This document shows, one piece after another, positions 58,618 to 64,000 of a stretch of DNA of 64,000 nt (positions within the stretch are counted from its first letter, which is position 1; each line of letters starts with the position of its first letter). Below the pieces are notes generated by a model. That model did not search any database, had not been told where the DNA came from, and saw only the letters and a program-made list of their open reading frames with translations. Position numbers and translations under genes: made by a program. Origin of the DNA: Macrostomum hystrix (taxonomy: Eukaryota > Animalia > Platyhelminthes); contig CATNEN010000033.1 in the NCBI GenBank assembly GCA_950097015.1, positions 5,249,107 to 5,313,106 of the forward strand. The letters are read 5' to 3'.

Positions 58618-61080
58618 TCAAACAGTTCTGGTGAACATGATCACTGCATTCTTGGTCTCGGAGAGCTTCAGACCACAGCGGACCCGCCCATTGTTAAGCA
58701 GAGTGGATGAAATTCTGAAGGAGGTCCCTGAGAGTATCAGGGATTGGCCAGACGCCACAGCAGTGACATCGTCCGCATAACCTACCTTCAGGATTGGGTC
58801 AGGACGAGCGTCTCGGAGGAGCTCGTCAATGACCATGTTCCAGAGAATAGGAGAGAGAACCCCTCCCTGCGGGCTCCCTTTGCGTGACTGATCATATACA
58901 TGATCCATCTGGTGAGGGACGAGTGAGTGTGTCTCTCACAAAGGGCTTTGCGGAACGCCTCGAAGAGGACGTTGTCAAAGGCACCATCAATGTCCAGGAA
59001 GACACTTAGGGCGAAGCCGGTGCCAAGCACAGCTTTTTCTAATTTGTCGACCAGAACGTGCAGCGCGCTTTCGGTGGAGCGACCCGCCCGAAAAGCATGC
59101 TGGTTGTCGCTGAGCGGCGCGTTCTTCAGTTCCACTGAGAGAAGGCGCCAAACCACAAGTCTCTCCATCAGCTTGACCAGGAAGGTGGTTAGGCTGATTG
59201 GTCTGAAGGATTTAATGGACTGGTAGTCCGGGCGGCCTGGCTTCGGGATAAAAAATCACCTTCGCCTCGGTCCATGCCTGCGGGACGTACCCGAGCGTGA
59301 TGCAGGCTCGATAGAGGCTGCAAAGAGAGCACAGGAAACCTGGGCATTTAACCGCCTCTCTAAGAAAAGCAGGTACGATGCCATCAGGCCCTGGAGCTTT
59401 AAAAGGCTTAAAGGAGGTGGCCACTTTAACGATGCGGTCCTCCGTGATGATAGAGGCAGCAAGCATCTGGCCTCCCTCAGTGTGGTCTGAGGTGGTCGGG
59501 TTGGTTGGCTCCTTGGGGAAGAAGGCAGAGAGCACGACCTCAAGCGTCTCCCCAGGATTGTAAGTTGACGTGCCGTCGGTTCGCTTTACCGAGGAGAGCT
59601 TGGACATTTTGTCCAACGTAAGTGCTTTGACAATCCTGGAGGTGGGGCGTGAGCCCTCTAGCTCCTCGCAGTATTGACGCCACTTCTGGGCCTTGGCATT
59701 CCTGATCTCCCTCTTGAACTCATGAATGGCTTCAAGGTAGGCGGTCTGGTCTGCAGGGCTCCTGGTTTTGTTTGCTCTGCGGTGTAATTTCTTCGCTCTG
59801 CGACGGAGGTCGCCGAGCTCAGGATTCCACCACGGCGCAGATGTCTTGCCTTTGTAGGCTTTTAGGGACAGGCTGCCTCGAATGCGGCGGTTAGCGTTTC
59901 TGTTAAAACAGTAGTCGCGTACTCATTCGCTTCTCGACACGTTGAGATAGTGGGTGGTTGGCCCGAAGACCGAAGGCTTCCCAATCAGTATTTCTGGCGT
60001 TCCGTCTCCACGTGATGTGGTTAAGGCTGCGAGCGCTCGCCACACGAAAGTGAATGAACTTGTGGTCAGAGAGGGACGGCACCGGGAGCACGCGCCACAC
60101 CCCAATACTCTGAAAGAGTTTGGGTGAAGTGAGTGTGGCGTCAATCACCTCTGACCAGCGTCCATTGTCGAAGGTAGGTGTAGACCCGGAGTTACAGAAC
60201 TCAAGGGTCGTAGAGGCAAAATAGGACAGGAGGTCTTCGCCTCTCTGGTTTATCCCTGTGCTGCCCCAGTGGGTATGGTGGGCGTTGATATCGCCGGGGA
60301 CCATGAGCTCGTAGTTCCTGGCAGAGCAGAGTTCAACCATGTAGGGTGGTGAGCGTCCGGGGGACGACCGCTGCGTCACCTGGTAGGTAAACCGAGGCAA
60401 CGAGGGTGGTTTTCCTAGGCAGCAGATCCTCAGATTGACTGACGCAGATATCCCCGTTAGACAGGTCGGATCTGAGCCAAGCACCGAGGGTTTTGGCCCC
60501 GAAGATACTGGCTCTAGGTGGCCGGTTCGCCTCGTGGGGCTAACGCAGAAGCAGTTGTACCCAGAGGGCACGTTTTGGGGCTTACCTTTGGAGGTTGACG
60601 GATCCTGGACTAGGATGAGACCCGGCTTGTCGAGCTCGGCTTGACGCATCAGGTTAGCCGAAGCTGCGACGCTGTGTTGCAGATTAATCTGCAGGCAGCA
60701 AATACCTGGACTGCTGATCATGGCCGCGCAGTCGGGGAGTCCGCGCAGCAATTCCTCCTTTCCTTTTCGGAGATGGAAGGCTCGCATAGCTCCATGGGAA
60801 TCTCGGCGCCCCCGGCGGTCAGGGTGGCTGAGGAGCCCTCAGAGGACATTGCCCAGCATGAGAATCTCCCTCCCCGTCCCTTTGCGTCGTGACGCCGATA
60901 CTGCCCAGGCTCGCCTCGTCGGTCAGGTCAACGTGGATGGCGCGATCCGCCTGGTGAGTGCTAGCCTCAAACCAGTCAGTCGGCGCCTCTCCTCGTCGCT
61001 CCTGCCCCACTGGCTGCTTCGGTGGAGCGTTCGATGTGTGCACCCGCTCGAGGTGCGCCCTGAGAGTCCTAGCATTCCTG
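58618..61080 (-). mobile_element. APE-type non-LTR retrotransposon (R1/LOA-like): ORF1 tail, endonuclease and RT; truncated at both ends, frameshifted
   Basis: CLQINLQH, GDINAHH..WGS, SLSDH; KAPGPDGI, RPISL, QHAFRAGRST, FLDIDGAFDNV, GSPQGGVLSP, YADD. Confidence 0.9.
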
Positions 61081-61084
61081 TGAC

Positions 61085-62802
61085 TTGCGTTAATCTTGAA
61101 CCATTGTCAGCCAAACGTTGCTTTACCTTGTTTAGCACCAGGATGTGTTGTTGTCGTCTCCGGCAGTTCCAATTATTATGTCGTCTTGATACGAAGCAGT
61201 GTATTCTATACGTTTCTGAGCACATCATCCATAACTTCTTGGAATATTAATGGTGCTGCGGAAATTCCGAACTGAAGATTTTTAAAGCAAAGTAGCCCAG
61301 GTGCGTAGAGATGCAGTAAGTTTCTGGCTCTCAGGGGAAAGCGCAATTTGAAGAAACGCGTCTTCCAAATCCAAGACTGAATAGTACTTGGCATTAGGAT
61401 TTTAGAAAGGATTTCTTCTAGCTTTGGAAGCTTGTAGCGATCGGCATCGATTATGGCGATTAAGCGTGACTGAGTAGTCGCCACATAGACGTATTGGTCT
61501 CGCTGAGCCTTGCTGCTTTAAAACTGGAACAATTGTCGCAGAATCGGCTGGGTCTTTCACTGGATATATAATGCCTGCATTTAAGCACTTGAGCTCAGTC
61601 TCAACCATAGACTTCATCGAAAGGGCCGAGATCTGGCAGGATATCGCCATAGCCGTCCGTTCTAGCATCTGAGCGGAGGCGAAACTTGCGAGAAATCTCG
61701 AATTTGCATCGCGCACCTACTGGCATGCAAAGAAGATCTTCTGAAATGCTTCAGTCGATGTGCAGTATGTCCAGGCGCGATAGGAAATCCATTCCCAGTA
61801 TAGCCAATAAATCGTTGCCTACATAGACTTTGCCAGTGGCAGATCTTCCATCGGACAGAGTATTAATGGCATCCTGAATGACAGTATATTTCTGGCTGGA
61901 AACCGCCGTACGACTTGATGGGAACTATCAGCAACATGCTTGGGTATGATGGTAACTTGACTGCCTGTATCTACCAACATCTTAGCACTCGCGTCTCCGA
62001 TCTTGCATGTAACAAACCACTGATCCGTTGAATGACGATCTCCGATGTCAGTTTCGCGTAGATTGCTCCCACATGTCCATGGCTAGAATCCTCTGATCGG
62101 CACACGTTCTGCAGAGCATTAACGGTCTTGGAGGCGACGAACTGCTGCCAGGTGTCCAACCTTCCACACTTTCGGCACTGCGCATCCCGAAATCGGCACT
62201 TTGACCTGACGTGTCCTGCTTTTCCACATGTGTGGCAGTGACCAGTTTCAGGAGGCTTTGTCGGTCCTTTGCGGTTGTCCAAACAGTGCTGCTGCTTGTG
62301 GGCAGAAGTCCTTCTCTGGTCTCACCCATCCGGAATGACTCTTCTTCTGCACCGTTCGCTAGAAGTACTGCTTTGGAGTGAGCTTGCTTCCCTGAACCCA
62401 CCAAGTAAAACTGGCAGTCTTTTGAAATACTGCTCAATCTCAGGATAAGAAAGAGGCAATTCTCCAAGTCGAAAATCCAGCGCTGAGCCATCAGTCCTGC
62501 GAAAGTAAGGTAGTCAATACACAACTTTCTTCAGTGAATCCAGTGACTTTTCTCGTTGTCATGTTACGTTTGAATAACACGAAGGCACTTGGGTTTATGA
62601 ATTGAAGAAGGGCGTTATTTGAGCAGCTCCAAATTGGCATGAGCACGAAGCTCGCTCTTATATTTCTTTACCCTTAAGGGCATTGAAGTTTCTAGCAAAC
62701 AAGGTGTACGGTAACATTTTGCCCCGATGGCACAGACTACTTTTAGAAGAAAAAAGAAAATAATCTATGAATAATGCAGCATGGCATGCAGCATATGCAA
62801 CA
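61085..62802 (-). mobile_element. Gypsy-2 5' half: 5' LTR (62562-62802), PBS-like tgacaacgag, deleted gag, protease, RT N-terminal part; degenerate
   Basis: CHTCGKAGHVRSKCRFRDAQCRKC knuckle, LVDTGSQV, IRLCGDY, YKLPKLEEIL, LQFGISAAPLIFQ. Confidence 0.88.
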
Positions 62803-62944
62803 GTGCACAAAGCAATCGGCGTTTTCTAAAGACTATAGTTTATGTAAATAGAGTGTTTGTTCAGTCAAAGATTATATATTTATAATCTTTGATCAAAACT
62901 ACACATACAAAGGACATAGCTAAGTATGTAGTAATATATTTAGC

Positions 62945-63810
62945 TTTTGCTGCGCTCTAGGCCTGCTCGAACAACTCGTCAATGTCTGCGGCAGTGTCCT
63001 TCCATTTTTTTCCAAAGGACACTGAAATGAAGAGAAAGTGGCTGTTGCGCTCCGACGCCAGGAGTTCAAACCATTGGCGACCACCCAAGTCTGCTCGGTC
63101 CACTTTGCAGAGTCTTGCTTCAACTTCTACTTCAACTTCATTCTACAGTCCGTGAGTCCGAATGTGAGGCAGCAGGATGCCACTATTGATCAGTTATCAT
63201 TGTCTTGTCTGCCATCATCATCGGGACAGCAGCCATGGAAGCAGATGAAAGCTCAAAATGAAATGGGACTGAGCCTGGGTTCAATCCAAAACTGCAAGAA
63301 TGCATCGGTGTGTGAAATTTGCCAGTCCATCGTGTGCTATATCGCAGGCGCGGTCGTCGAAGAATGATGAAAGCAGTTGAATGTGCTCCGTGCAGGTCAG
63401 CTCTGATCGCAAGCTCTGACGCCAGGAGCTTCACGCGGACCATGCTCACTCGTTGCCATAAAAATGTTTGAACAAGGAAGGAACTGGCGGCCTGATTTTT
63501 CCTAGCAGCAATGTCCTGCGGGTGTTGCTCAATGCAGACTGTTGTTCGGCGTGCCAGCTACAGCAGCGGATTCTCTAGTGATGTAGCTGTTCAGGAGATT
63601 CTGCGCATGTCAATCCGATCTGTTCCCTGAACTGGACTCTCATTCGGCATCCGCGAGTATCAGCTTGAGTCTCACACAAGCTGCATTTGATTCGAGTAAT
63701 GGCTATGCTTTTTATAAATATTCGAATGAAGAAGCTGGCTAAGGATCTTTCACGCGCTGGAAAGAAAACCCGGCAAGAGGCCAAAGGCTGCTTCGAACAG
63801 CGATTTTCTT
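62945..63810 (+). pseudogene. Second THAP + P-element C-terminal remnant; no catalytic core, multiple indels
   Basis: Reconstructed CCALGCSN...SFHFFPKD...KW...QVCSVHF, then CYIAGAVV...ECAPCRSAL...GGLIFPS...IRMKK. Confidence 0.7.
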
Positions 63811-64000
63811 AATTTGTAATCAGCGTATTCGCATATGGAGCCTGGTAAGTTATGGCTTCAATGCATTCTGTTTAAGCTTATTCCCGTGATAAACTATATA
63901 TTTGCCATTAAATGCGTACAAAAAATTCTAGATAAATTAAAAAATTGAATCTGTAGTTGTTAATTTGTTAATCTTATTTCTTACTGAGTCTGAATTTTCA

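Overview
Eukaryotic animal genomic DNA with spliced GT-AG genes, GC-rich exons and many 20-40 bp minisatellites. The style suggests a free-living flatworm such as Macrostomum (inference only). Reconstructed genes: FoxJ2/3; a secreted protein with two tandem IL-17-like cystine-knot domains; a 4-exon DAO-family FAD oxidoreductase; a 77-aa membrane protein; G-alpha-o (7 exons, 354 aa); ZCCHC9; an intronless Pol III subunit RPC7; a 3-domain gelsolin/severin (367 aa); an ankyrin-repeat + Mab-21/cGAS-like nucleotidyltransferase; an 83-aa secreted orphan; a GLUT-type sugar transporter; and two THAP/P-element derivatives. Mobile DNA: a young full-length Gypsy element (LTRs differ at 1 of 384 bp, TACA target duplication, -1 frameshift signal); an older Gypsy whose two halves lie in opposite orientation around the GLUT gene, suggesting an inversion; a 3'-truncated APE-type LINE; tRNA-derived CORE-like SINEs; and a MITE. 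Many coding regions are broken by single-base indels in short homopolymers, which looks like long-read consensus error rather than pseudogene decay, so several products are reconstructions. Best leads: the ankyrin-cGLR with intact catalytic residues, the tandem IL-17-like precursor, the split Gypsy/inversion, and intronic minisatellites whose units carry branch-point and acceptor motifs. All alignments and translations were done by eye; no database searches were run.
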